Shown here: positions 37,121 to 50,031 of the stretch, one piece after another
Numbering within the stretch: the stretch's first letter is position 1
Layout: each line of letters begins with the position of its first letter
DNA from: Squalus acanthias
Taxonomy: Eukaryota
Assembly: GCA_030390025.1 (NCBI GenBank)
Contig: CM059432.1
Span: 59,522,001-59,586,000 of the forward strand
Reading direction: 5' to 3'
Length of the DNA: 64,000 nucleotides
Position numbers and translations under genes: made by a program
The notes under the pieces: generated by a model
Database searches by the model: none
The model's input: the letters and a program-made list of their open reading frames with translations, nothing else
What the model was told of the DNA's origin: nothing

Positions 37121-39515
37121 TCATAGAAATTTACGGCACAGAAGGTGGCCATTCGGCCCATCGTGTCTGTGCTGGGCGAAAAAGAGCTATCCAGCCTGAT
37201 CCTACTTTCCAGTTCTTGGTCCGTAGCCCTGTAGGATACGGCACTTCAAGCGCATATCCAAGTACTTTTTAAATGCAATGATGGTTTTAGCCTCTACCAC
37301 CCTTTCAGGCAGTGAGTTCCAGACCCCCACCACCTTCTGGGTGAAAAAGGTTCTCCTCAACTCCCCTCTAATCCTTCTACCAATTACTTTAAATCTATGT
37401 CCCTGGTTACTGACCTCGCTGCTAAGGGAAATAGGGCCTTCCTATCCACTCTATCTAGGCCCCTCATAATTTTATACATCTCAATTAAGTCTCCCTTCAG
37501 CCTCCTCTGTTCCAAAGAAAACAACCCCAGCCTATCCAATCTTCCCTCATAGCTAAAATTCTTCAGTCCTGGCAACATCCTCGTAAATCTTCCCTGTACT
37601 CTCTCTAGTGCAGTCACATCTTTCCTGTAATGTGGTGACCAGAACTGTACGCAGTACTCTAGCTGTGGCCTAAATAATGTTGTATACAGTTCAAGCATAA
37701 CCTCCCTGCTCTTATATTCTATTCCTCAGCTAATAAAGAAAAGTATCCCATCTGCCTGTCCTGCTACTTTCAGGGATCTGTGGACATGCACTCCAAGGTC
37801 CCTCTTTTCCTCTACACTTCTCAGTATCCTACCATTTATTGTGTATTCCCTTGCCTTGTTAGCCCTCCCCAAATGCATTACCTCACACTTCTCTGGATTG
37901 AATTCCATTTGCCACTTTTCTGCCCACCTGACCCGTCCATTGATATCTTCCTGCAGTCTACAGCTTTCTTCCTCACTATCAACCACACGGCCAATTTTTG
38001 TATCATCTGCAAACTTCTTAATCATGCCCCCTACATTGACGTCTAAATCATTGATTTATAACGCAAAAAGCAAGGGACCCAGTACTGAGCCCTGCAGAAC
38101 AGCCTTCCAGCCACAAAAACATTCGGCGACCATTAACCTTTCCTTCCTGCCACAATCAATTTTGGATCCAACTTGCCACTTTCCCTTGGATCCCATGGGC
38201 TTTTACTTTTTTGACCAACCTGCCATGTGGGACCTTGTCAAAGGCCTTGCTAAAATCCATGGAGACTGCCCTCATTGACCATCCTTGTTACCTCCTCAAA
38301 AATTTCAATCAAGTTAGACAGACATGACCTTCCCTTAACAAATCCCTGCTGACTGTCCTTGATTAATCCGTGAATTTCTAAATGACGCTTAATACTGTCC
38401 CTCAGAATTTTTTCCAATAATTTGCCCACCACCGAGGTTAGGTTGACTGGCCTGTAATTATTCGGTCTATCCCTTTCTCCCTTTTTAAACAATGGTACTT
38501 TAGCAGTCCTCTAGCACCACACCTGTAGCCAGAGAAGATTGAAAATGATGGTCAGAGCCTCCGCTATTTCCTGCCTTGCTTCTCTTAACAACCTGGGATA
38601 CATTTCATCCGGGCCTGGCGATTTATCTACTTTCAAAGATGCTAAACCTATTAATACTTCCTCTTTCACTATGTTTATCTCAATTAATATTTCACACTCC
38701 TCCTCAACTACAATGTCTGCATCGTCCCTCTCTTTTCTGAAGACAGACGCAAAGTATTCATTACGAACCATATCCACATCTTCCGCCTCAACACACAGGT
38801 TACCTTTTTGGTCTCTAATAGGCCCTACTCTTTCTTTAGCTATCCTCTTGCTTTTTATGCATTTCATCGAATCATAGAAATTTACAGCACAGAAGGAGGC
38901 CATTCGGCCCATTGTATATGTAGCGGCCGAAAAAGAGCTATCCAGACTAATCTCACTTTCCAGCACTTGGTCCGTAGCCCTGAAGCATGCAGCACTTCAA
39001 GTGCATATCCAAGTACTTTTTAAATGTGATTGGGGTTTCTGCCTCTACCATCCTTTCAGGCAGTGAGTTATAGACCCCCATCACCCTCTGGGTGAAAAAA
39101 GTTCTCCTCAACTCCCCTCTAATCCTTCTACTAATTACTTTAAATCTATGCCCCCTGGTTATTGTCCTCTCTGCTAAAGGAAATAGGTCCTTCCTATCCA
39201 CTCTATCTAAGCCCCTCATAATTTTATACACCTCAATCAAGTCTCCCTTCAGCCTCCTCTGTTCCAAAGAAAATAACCCCAGCCTATCCAATCTTTCCTC
39301 ATAGCTAAAAATTCTCCAGTCCTGGCAACATCCTTGTAAATCTCCTCTGTACCCTCTCTCATGCAATCACATCCTTCCTGTAATGTGGTCACCAGAACTG
39401 TACGCAGTTTTTGGGTTTTCCTTGATTTTACTTGCCAATATTTTTTCATTCCCTCTCTTTACTTTCCTAATTTCCTTTTCTAATTTCACCCTGTACTTTC
39501 TATACTCCTCTAGGC
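37121..39515 (-). mobile_element. CR1 LINE with a same-family 3' fragment (38870-39405) nested in it
   Basis: RT ORFs between 37384 and 38966; two near-identical 3' ends at 37121 and 38870 (gaatcatagaaattta). Confidence 0.88.
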
Positions 39516-40409
39516 TTGGTTGGGGAAAAAGGAAGGTATATCAGGAGCACTGGTGAGGAAGATGGCGTCATCAGAACAGATGCAATGGAGACGGAGAAAC
39601 TAGGAGAATGGAATAGAGCCCTTAAAGGAAGCGGGGTGGGAGGAAGTGCAATCAAGGTAGCTGTGGGAGTCAGTGGGCTTATAGTAGTCTATCTCCAGAA
39701 ATGGAGATAGAGAAGTCGAGGAAGGGAAGAGTCGAAGTTGGACCATGTGGAGGCGAGGGAGGGGTGGAAATTAGAAGCAAAGTTGATGCAAGAGCATGAA
39801 GCGGCACTGATACAGTCATCAGTGTACTGGGAAAAAGAGGTGAGGGAGGGATCCTGAGTAGGATTGAAACAAAGAATGTTCGATGTAACCCACAAAAAGG
39901 CAGGCATAGCCAGGTCCCATACAGGTTCCCTTGGCAACACCTTTTTAGAGGAAGTGAGAGGAATCAAAGTAGAAGTTGTTCAATGTAAGAATAAGTTCAG
40001 CCAGGCGGAGGAGGGTAGTGGTGGATGGGGATTAGTTGGGCCCCATTCAAGGAAGAAGCGGAGGGCCCACAGGCCATCCTGGTGGGGGATGGAGGTGTAG
40101 AGGGGCTGGGCGTCCATGGTGAAAAGGAGACAGTTAGGGCCTGGAAACTGTTAAAGTGGCAGAGGGCATCAGAAGAGACTGGGCAAGGGGAGAAAAGAAG
40201 AAATAAATTCCATGGGGCAAGAACAGGCTGAAATGATGGGTCTACCAGGGTAGTCCTGTTTGAGGATCTTGGGAAGGAGGTAGAAGTGGACTGTGGGGTT
40301 GGGGGACTATGAGTTTGGAGGCTATGCAGGGAAGATCGCCAAAGAAGATGAGGTCAGTGACCTTGTGGGTGGTTATAAATCACCATTATAAAAAGGAGCC
40401 AGAGACATT

Positions 40410-42046
40410 AGCCTAGAAATTCAAGTAGGCCGGAAACCTGCTCGTAACAGCGCTGGCCAAGGCTAACAGCCGCCCACAGAAAGAGCGCAGGCAGCATCGG
40501 TAATTTACATCAGCAGAGCAAAGAATCTGTGGTGCAACGCGCTCTTTCCGGGCTTACCTGAGCAGGAGGCTGAAGGTCGCGTCTGTTACAGCTTGGATTT
40601 AAGGAGAATGAGGAACAAATGAGTCAACCTGTAGCCCATGTACGGAACAGCTGCCGTATTTATTACAGCAATGTCCCTGCCACCCACTCACCAATCAATG
40701 TTGCAGTATTGCATTCAGCTTTTGTGGAGAAAGCGCGTCGTTTAAAGCGCATCAAAGTGACACAAGCAAAGCTCCGGAACCTACCTATGGAAGTGTAATA
40801 ACTTTTAAATCAGCTCAGGCTCCAGCTCACAAAATTTCTACAGATGGAAAAAGGGTTTGGCAACTTGTTTATTCATTTGTGGGGAGTCTGTCGACTGCGC
40901 CGGGGAAGTCTGTGGTTTAATTGTACGCGGGTTTTATGGGATTGGAGAAGGGCGGAGGGCGTGGATGTAAAACAGGGCAAATTAATTATTTTGTTTCTAC
41001 TGTTGTCTGTACCTCTGATTGCACTGAAGAAGGCATGCAGCATTCAGTGATGTTTAAAGGGAAACCGTTCCCTGTGGACACCATAGCTAAAAGGGAACAC
41101 TGTTCATTTTTTTTGCCATTGAGCCAAGGTGGCCCATTTAATGCTTTCAAGGACTCTCCCCTGTTACTTTACCCACACATCTCATTCAAAAGGAATAGAG
41201 ACTAAGCAAAGCTATTTACTTTAAATGCTTGTTTAAATTTTCATGAAGAAAAAGCTATAGCACAGGAACGATCAAATCCAGTACTTTGTAGCTTTTGAAA
41301 CCATTATACTGTAGTCATAGTTTCATTGATGTGCGGAGGTCACTTTAGTCACTCGCTTAGGAGGGTCTGACAACTGAGGGCTTTTAACGGTTCCATGGTG
41401 AGGAGAGAGTGCTCATAGCTGATAACTTAAAGAATTTGAATTCACACTTCAGAGATCGAAACACTGAACATCCATAGGTGATTCCTAATCCAAACCTCAA
41501 GCTTACTCTTGTAGTCACTCAGAAGTAATCACTTGCAATATTCTGCCTCTTCCCATTTGTTACACATTCAGCATTACAATCTCAGCCAGGACAGTTTCAA
41601 ATAAGCAAACCACCGAAAAAAAATTAAAACTTTACCTACAAATCCCAAGGTTTAGCTATAAAGACCTAGGTTTGCGATTAATATAAAGACTACATTAGCT
41701 ACGTGGAGATAATTCTATCATTACTTCCTGGCTGTCACACATTTGTCACTTGAAGCGTCCTCAGGGAGTTGCTGTGTACGATGGTGAAGCGCCATCAGCG
41801 GCTGCACGCACGGGTGTGCTTTCGAGAGGGGGTAAGAGGAGCTGCGGTCTCCAAAATGTATGAGCGGGCATCAATTTGGTGTTGCACGCCGATCGACATG
41901 TTCCTACTAATTACAATACTTTTGGTGAGCGCAGGCAAATGGCAGTGCTGCCAACCTGTCGAAAATGGCCGCCGCTGCGGGATCTGCCATTTTTCCCCCC
42001 AAAACAGGCCTTAATGGCCAGCGCAAGCACTTCCAATTTCTAGGCC
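40410..42046. mobile_element. 1.6-kb non-autonomous Harbinger-type element
   Basis: TIR (a)gcctagaaatt / aatttctaggcc, TSD att/att, GC-rich subtermini. Confidence 0.7.
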
Positions 42047-43656
42047 ATTGTATTTTTCATATGCAAATATACTGTTTACAAGACTTTATACAGACTCCTT
42101 GCTTGGTCCTGAAACAATCAATTCAAGGTAAATGGCTCCACATACAAATAACTGAAGTAGATGATTGCTATCATCTACTTCAGTTCAGGAAACTATCACA
42201 ACCTTGATGAGCTATTTCAAATGCTATATCCACTTTATTGATTTCCTGTATCCTGATTTTGAATTTCAAAGGATATGAAAGATATATCTCAGGCTGCATG
42301 CTCCCAACTCTTCAGTTCTTCTGAGCCCAAGAAAGAGGTCAAAACCTCAGATATAAGTTAGGGATGATGGTCCAATTTAATATTAAGAGTTAACTGAAAG
42401 AAAGAACATATTTGTATTTATACAGCGCCTTTCATGAGCTCAAGATGTCCCAAAGCTCTTCACAGACAATGATGTGCCATGTCTTATTTTGTACCCCGGA
42501 GGTAGAAGTCAATATATTCTGTTTTCTATAGCATTTATTCTTATGCTATTCAAAGATTAGACAGAAGAGGCCTTGCATCAGATCCAGTAAGCTAAATATA
42601 GTACAAGTGTTTGTCTTCAGTCTCTGGGCAATAGTACATCACCAAATATTATGCATATAAAGTCAAACTTTGGTTCATAGGGAGCAAGGGCTCATGATGG
42701 GAGTGTTCTTTGACAGTGCACATCAAAGAAATAGCTGGTAAAACCTAAAAATGTAAGCAGTATCCATTCATCACTAGCCCTGCAACTTGCCAGAAATCCC
42801 TCAGCTAGAGTTGCAGTGCTCCTATATCAAGTACTTGCTCTCCTTTCATAACTAGCACAGTGTACACACTTCTATCTGTGTACTTGTACTCAAATAAGAA
42901 GACTGTCAGAGAACCTTTGAAAACTCAACTGGTAAGAGTGATGGAGTGTATTGAAATGTTCACTAAAGTCATTCTTAGGTACCATCTTCCATGGTTCTGA
43001 CTGTGCTTGATGCATTGGCAGTTAATCTCGAAGGTGGCAGGTGTGGTGAGGGACAACCACTTGTTTTCCAAAACAAGCGTATCTCAATATTCCTCTGCCA
43101 ACCTGCACAAAGCTCTTTTGTTTAGGTACTTGTGGTAAGGTTTAGACCATTAATAGGATGAGCTGCAATTGAAAACACAGCATTCATTTTGACATAATAG
43201 AATTCTATTTGACAAGCTTGGAGTGTTGAGTGTAGGGAAAATGCCCCATAATTTGCCTAAAATGTGTTCCCTAAATGGACTTTCAACTTAAAGATGTCCA
43301 AGAAAATAATCAATAGGGAAACTGAATGCTGGGAAATCAAAACTAACTAAAATTGAGAAGGCATGTAGAAGTGAACAGAACATTCCTTACTAGTGCTAAG
43401 ATGGCCAACATTAAGTATTGTGCTCAAGAATAGTTCATTGGTGGGATGTAAATATGTCATGCCTTATCAGGTCCTGTATAGGACCCTTTGTTAAAGAAAA
43501 CTGTTTGTGGGGGAGGGGGGGGGGGGAGGGCAGTGTCAGTATCGTCTGCTATGCATGCCTTGTTAACTTGATGCGGAGATGCCGGTGTTGGACTGGAGTG
43601 GACAAAAGTGAGAAGTCGCACAACACCAGGTTATAATCCAACAGCTTTATTTGAAA

Positions 43657-43693
43657 TCACAAGCTTTCGGAGCGCTGCTCCTTCGTCAGGTGA
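43657..43693 (-). ncRNA. Minimal hammerhead ribozyme motif, left arm
   Basis: tcac-CTGACGA-a-ggagc-agc-gctcc-GAAA-gc-TT-gtga. Confidence 0.75.
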
Positions 43694-43881
43694 AGTGAAG
43701 AAATACATATGGGCACAGCATATATAGTCAGAGAACAATGCCAGACGACTACAGTTAATCTTTCTAACTGCCCTTTACAGGTCTATCACAGGTGTGATAA
43801 AGGGCAGTTAGAAAGATTAACTGTAGTCGTCTGGCAGTGTTCTCTGACTATATATGCTGTGCCCATATGTATTTCTTCACT

Positions 43882-43918
43882 TCACCTGATGAAGGAGCAG
43901 TGCTCCGAAAGCTTGTGA
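43882..43918 (+). ncRNA. Minimal hammerhead ribozyme motif, right arm
   Basis: tcac-CTGATGA-a-ggagc-agt-gctcc-GAAA-gc-TT-gtga. Confidence 0.75.
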
Positions 43919-44096
43919 TTTCAAATAAAGCTGTTGGACTATAACCTGGCGTTGTGCGACTTCTCACTTTTGTTAACTTGAGATCAGGAACCCTTGCAAG
44001 GTTGTTAGAAATGACTGACACGTTAGCCAGTTTGTCACTTCAGGTATATAAAAGAGGGTGCTAGGCACACTCCTTCGTAGATTCTCTCACTCCCTT

Positions 44097-44164
44097 AGAT
44101 TCTCTTTTAGTTAGAAGATTCTCTTTTAGTTAGAAGATTCTTTTTTAGTTAGAAGATTCTCTTT
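44097..44164. repeat. 19-bp tandem repeat, ~3.5 copies
   Basis: agattctcttttagttaga repeated. Confidence 0.95.
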
Positions 44165-44443
44165 GTCTCTACAGTCTTCTGCAGTAATTCTTACCTAGCC
44201 AATGTAGAAGGGTACTTTCTGTAGTGACCATGAATAAATTAAAAAATTGGCTCCAGCATGTCTGAAGGAAAAGGAATCTTAACAGGTCATTTGAACACCT
44301 GCCGACTTAACTTGGTTATGTTGTGGATACATTGTAAAAGACCACACAGCAGAGGATAGATCACCACAGCAACAAGAACGAGTCCAGGCCGGCTGGAGAT
44401 CATTTTGAACACCTGCATATGTTACATTGACACTTCACTTAAT

Positions 44444-45196
44444 GGCCCAGAAATTAGACTTCGATGGTTGCCGCGGGGGTAAGGATCCGGCGCGATCTTA
44501 CCTACCGCGCCTGCCTTTATGGTTCGGGCCCACACGAACTTCTGGTCCTGGGCCTCTCCCTGGTGCCGGCGCGCAGTGTGTGCGTGTCCCAGAGGCGCAG
44601 TTAGTTCGATGCGACCTCTGGGATCACGTGGGCCAGTTAGAGCCAATGGCAGCACACCATCTTTCATTCATAGTTTTGACAGGAGAACTGTCAAAACTAT
44701 GAATACAACTTGCCCCCAAAAGAACAGCTAAACCTCAATTAATTTTTTTAAAAAACCCATCACATTAATAAAATAACTATAGTTAAATAAATTAACCACT
44801 TTAAACAAAAATTTAAATTTTTGAAAAGATTTAAATTCTTTTTAAAAGTTATAAAAATAAACTTACCTTTCTTTAAAGTCTCTAAAAACGATAAACCTGT
44901 TGAAAAAAATTTTAAATACTTAATTAACTACTTACCTTGTTAAAAGGGGGTCTTACGCCTCCTTTTTTCATGTGTAAAATCTTCCATACTTACCCTCGTG
45001 TTCAAACCGGGAAAAAAAACCTAAGTGTGCTGCGTGCGCACAGCCTGTAGTGCGCACGTGGTTCACTTAGGAACCGCCCCCTTCGCAATATCGGAAGTGC
45101 CGGTTTCCCACGCATGCGTAGTGCATGCAGGAAACCGGCACTTCGGGACCGAATACGGGTGAGTACACAGTGCGTACTCGGCCGAATTTCTGGGCC
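44444..45196. mobile_element. Harbinger-type MITE, copy 2
   Basis: TIR ggcccagaaatt / aatttctgggcc, TSD aat/aat, colinear with 29983-30724. Confidence 0.88.
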
Positions 45197-46042
45197 AATT
45201 TCTCTCAGTTTGCACAATCAATCATGGATGGTATGGTTGACAAGCCACCACCCCAGAGGTGTGGTTTTGGTTAAAAAGGGCTTTTAAATGCTAGACAGTT
45301 CTAGAGTGAAAAGAGACAACTCCACCACAACTTTTCCAACCTCACCTTTCGCTTCCTGGCAGCTCCACCTCACCTGGTATCTGCATGACTGCTCGCTATC
45401 TCTCAGCTTCACGCCTCGATGCAGGCTTACAGATTGCTTGTGAAGCAGGTGACCTGGCTACAAGAGAAAGCTATGCAACACTACAACTTTATACCTGTTT
45501 GACAAACTCACTCTGGGAGAGAGCGATTAAAGTGACTACTGGGATCAAGCTATTGTGTTTAGTACTCGTGTTTATATAATTGTGTGAGACCCCTGCCTTG
45601 TAGGGAATGATGGCTTGTGACTTTGTACAAAGAGCTGAGACCTGGGCTCTGTAATGTCATTAACTCTAAATAAATTGTTCAATATTTTTAAAAAACACTA
45701 CAACTTTGTCCATTCAAATACATGGAATCTTCCAGACAAGTTTGAGCCAACCATGAGAATAACTTTGGTTATGGGGTTAGTCTAAGGCATTTAATTTCTA
45801 AAAGGTTATGCTTTTTGGAAATTCAGGTGGTGTTGTATTAAGGCAATTCTAATTTGTGTATAAACCCAAGATGTCCTGGCGAATTGAATAACTAGGGCTG
45901 TAGATAGGGCTTTAAACTAAAAAGGCCGGGGGGGCGGGGGGGCAAAGGGTTCAAGTGAGGGGAAATTTATAAATCTAAGGAACAGTCAAGGTCATAGAGC
46001 AGTGCAGTGATTTGGGTAAAGATAAGTGTGACAGGAAGAGAC

Positions 46043-46205
46043 CAATGTTCCCTTTAAGCTGCGCGGCCATGCAGCGCTCTGGAGCTCCCACGCAGTCGGC
46101 TCACCGGCTTTTAAATGGGATAAACCACGCATGTGCGGTATTTTGAATGGGCTGCGCAGCCGCTTAAAGGGGTTGCGCACCCAAAAAAAATTGAGGGGAA
46201 CATTG
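46043..46205. mobile_element. hAT-type MITE (163 bp)
   Basis: TIR caatgttccc / gggaacattg; 8-bp TSD gaagagac / gaaaggac; interrupts CR1 sequence that reads gacaggaaaggacagag at 23942. Confidence 0.8.
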
Positions 46206-47707
46206 GAAAGGACAGAGTTTTTAACGGTAATAGTGCATCAGTGAATAGGGTCAAATCAGGGAAAAATGGTAAAAAGTTAAAATCAAAAGGCGCTGTGTCT
46301 GAATGCACAAAGCATTTGTAACAAGAAGGAAGAATTAATGGCACTAACAAAGATAAATGGGCTTGATCTAATAGCCATTACAGAGACATGGTTGCATGGT
46401 GACCAAGGTAGGGAACCATATATTCCAGGGTACTTGATGTTTCAAAAAGACAGACAAAATGGAAAAGGAGGGGAGATAGCCCTGATAATAAAGGATGACA
46501 GAAGGACACCGGCGAGGAAGGATCTTGGCTCGGAAGAGCAGGAAATAGAATCAGTATGGGTGGAGATAAGTAATAACAAGGGGCAGAAAACACTGGCAGG
46601 AGTAGTTTATACTGTTGGACAGAGTATTAATCAAGAAATAAGAGGAGCTCGTAACAAGAGTATTGCAATAATCATTGGGGATTTTAATCTTCGTGTAGAC
46701 TGGACAAATCAAATTAGCAAAAGTAGTTTGGAGGACAAGTTTAAGATATGTATTCGAGACAGTTTCCAAGAACAATACATCATGGATGTAAAAATTGATA
46801 GAGGGAGAAAATAGAATACCAGAGTAAACTAGCAAGAAATATAAAAACAGATTGTAATAGCTTCTACAAGTATCATAAATGTGGGTCCCTTAGAGGCCGA
46901 GACAGGAGAAATTATAATAGGAAATAAGAATATGGCAGAGACATTAAACAAATATTTTGTTTCCTTCTTCACTGTAGAAGACACAAAAACATACCAGAAA
47001 TATTGGGGAACCAAGGGTCTAATGAGATTGAGGAACGTAAAGTAATTAATATTAATAAAGAAAAAGTACTGGAGAAATTAATGGGACTAAAAGTCAACAA
47101 ATCCCCATTACCTGATGGCCTACCTCCTAGGATTCTAAAAGAGGTGGCTGCAGAGATAGTGGATGCATTGGTTGCGATCTTCCAAAATTCCCTAGATTCT
47201 GGAATGGTCCCAGTGGATTGGAAGGTAACAAATGCAACACCGCTATTCAAGAAAGGAAGGAGAGAGAAAACAGGGAATTACAGGCCTGTTAGCCGGATAT
47301 CTGTTGTCAGGAAAATGCTGGAATTCATTATTAAGAAAGTGGTAACAGGGCACTTAGAAAATCATAACATGATTAGGCAGAGTCAACATGGTTTTATGAA
47401 AAGGGAAAAATCGTGTTTGACAAATTTATCAGAGTTTTTGAGGATGTAACTAGCAGGGTAGTTAATGGGGAACCAGTGGACGTAATATATTTGGATTTCC
47501 AAAAGGCATTCAATAAGGTGTCACATAAAAGGTTGTTAGGCAAGATAAGGTCTCATAGGGTTGAGGGTAATATATTAGCAAGGATAGAGGATTGGTTAAT
47601 GGACAGAAAACAGAGAGCAGGAATAAACAGATCATTTTCAGATTGGCAGGCTGTTACTAGTGGGGTGCGGCAAGCATCAGTGGCTGGGGCCTCAGCTATT
47701 TTTAAAA

Positions 47708-47984
47708 AATTTGTTTCTGGGATTTAGAGGTCGCTGGCAAGGCCAGCAATTATTGCCCATCCCTAATTCCCCTCGAGAAGGTGGTGGTGGTGAGTTGCCT
47801 TCTTGAACCGCTGCAGTCCGTGTGGTGAAGGTACACCCATAGTGCTGTGAGGGAGGTAGTTCCAGGATTTTGACGCAGCAACAATGAAGGAACGCCGACA
47901 TATTTCCAAGTCAGGATGGTGCGTGACTTGGAGGGGAACTTGGAGGTGATGGTGTTCCCATGCGCCTGCTGCCCTTGTCCTTCT
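47708..47984 (-). mobile_element. HER1-type LINE 3' fragment nested in CR1
   Basis: Reverse-complement match to 5055-5305; host CR1 rejoins as cagctattt...aatctata. Confidence 0.85.
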
Positions 47985-48958
47985 AATCTATAATAATGAA
48001 TTAGATGAAAGGACCGAGTGTAATGTATCCAAGTTTGCTGACCATACAAAGCTAGGTGAGAAAATAAGGAGGACACAAAGAGCCTGCAAAGGGATCTAGA
48101 CAGGTTAAGTGAGTGGGCAATACGGTGGCAGATGGAGTATAATGTGGGGAAGTGGGAGGTTGTTCACTTTGGTGGGAAGAATAGAAAAACTTTTTTTTTT
48201 TTTTAAATGGTGAGAAACTGTTAAATGTTGTGTTCAGAGGGATTTGGGTGTACTTGTACATGAAACACAGAAAGTTAACATGCAGGTACAGCAAGCAATT
48301 AGGAAGGCAAATGGCATGTTGGTCTTTATTGCAAAGGGGTTGGAGTACAAGAGTAAGGAAGTCTTACTACAATTGTACAGGGCTTGTGTGAGACCACACC
48401 TGGAGTACTGCGTACACAGTTTTGGTCTCTGTATGTGAGGAAGGATATACTTGCCTTACAGAGGGTGCAACTAGATTGATTCTTGGGCTGAGAAGATTGC
48501 TCTATGAGGAGAGATGGAGTAGAATGGGCCTATACTGTCTGGAGTTTAGAAAAATGAGAGGTGATCTCATTAAAGTATAAAGGATTTGGAGAGGGTTCAA
48601 AATGGTAGATGCTGAGAGGCTGTTTCCCCTGGCTGGAGAGTCTAGAACCAAGAGGCATAGTCTCAGGATAAAGATCAGCCATTTAGGACGAAGAGGAGAA
48701 ATTTCTTCATTCAATGGGTTGTGAATCTTTGGAATTCTCTATCCCAAATGGCTGTGGATGCTCAGTCGTTAGTATATACAAGGCTGAGATCGATATATTT
48801 TTGGACTCTAAGGGAATCAAGGGACATAGGATCGGGCAGGAAAGTGGAGCGGAGGTCAAAGATCAGCCAGGAAAGTGGAGCGGAGGTCAAAGATCAGCCA
48901 TGATCTTATTGAATGGCGGAGCAGTCTCGAAAGGCCGTATGGCCTACTCCTGCTCCTA

Positions 48959-50031
48959 TGTTAAGATATTGTTTAGATTCTAATGTCAATTTTCTAATGT
49001 ATTAATGATAAATTATTTTCTTTCTAAAGCCATGGTTTGTGCCTGGCGTTTCTTGAGGAAAAGGAGCCTCATTATGTAAAATAAAATTAAATTACGTGGA
49101 GATAAAAAGGCAATTCCCCAAATTAAAGTGTAAAATCACTTTGCACCCTTTTGCTCCTACACTTCACAAGTACAAAGTATATCCAGGACAGCGTAATAGG
49201 TTATAGAAATCAAATTGTACAGCTACACCAGCCAATTACAGGCCGAGATAAGTGTGTCACGTAATTGTACATATTTTCCCAAGATGAAGGAAGGCAAGAG
49301 TTAAGCCTAGCTAGCTCAGGTAAGGTTACCAGTGGTTAAGGGGAGTTTATCCAGAATGGAGGATCCAAGTGGAACAGATAACCCCACCACCAAAACAGTT
49401 CATCAACTCGGCACTCCAAAAGCTAGCACCATCGTCCCAGGGGAACAAGATGATCAACTCAACCGTGCTGCTCATGAGAACAGGGTCATACAAGCTCTGG
49501 AAACATTGCTAACCAGCAGCACATAGAATGTACTCTACTCAATAGACTGTCTATCCAATGCTGTTAAGTTGTCAGCTACCTAATGAATTTAATACTAAAT
49601 TAATGTTAGTCTCAGAAACAGATCTCAACTATAATTTGATAATCAGAAATCCAATTAATGCTGACTTATGGTGATACCACTGAAAGGCTTTTACAGCCGC
49701 TGTTATTCATTTCATTAAGTTAACCTATTAATTATTTGTTATTCAAACTGCTAGATAACCCTGTCTACAACTATTTATATCTATTAATTGTTTGTATACT
49801 CAATGTTTAAGTAGTGATAGTTATGATTTAAGTTAATAAATGATTTGTTAGTACATGACTTGCTGTCAGACTTCATTGATGATGTGGCAAAAAAGGGTTA
49901 ATTAATTTACTCAGTAGCTTGTGGGTATCCTAATTGAGAGTTGGAAATGGGAATTCATATTAAATCCAAACTGGGTGATGTTAAGAGTTTGGCAAAGTGA
50001 AGGAGTTAAGGATTCACCTGGTTTCTTGACA
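48959..50031 (+). mobile_element. Probable solo LTR
   Basis: Ends TGTTAAGA...TCTTGACA (7/8 inverted), flanks ccta/tcta (near 4-bp TSD), AATAAA at ~49835. Confidence 0.55.

Larger units (their letters stand above)
36340..40365 (-). mobile_element. Second, more decayed Penelope-like element split by CR1 insertions
   Basis: 36340-37120 and 39516-40365 are colinear with 9950-12025. Confidence 0.85.
43572..43969. mobile_element. Penelope-derived fold-back element made of two inverted pLTR ends
   Basis: ~185-bp near-perfect inverted arms (43593-43777 vs 43799-43973), hammerhead motif in each arm, 12-bp TSD ttgttaacttga (43560-43571, 43970-43981). Confidence 0.85.
43475..44284 (+). mobile_element. 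Probable solo LTR interrupted by the fold-back element
   Basis: TATA (tatataaaag ~44045), tandem repeat, AATAAA (~44233), ends ttaaca; 5' boundary uncertain (tgtata 43475 or tgttaa 43489). Confidence 0.45.
45870..48958 (+). mobile_element. Degenerate CR1 LINE with nested insertions
   Basis: Endonuclease (46338-46814), RT fragments, 3' tail with a 31-bp duplication at 48837-48898. Confidence 0.88.
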
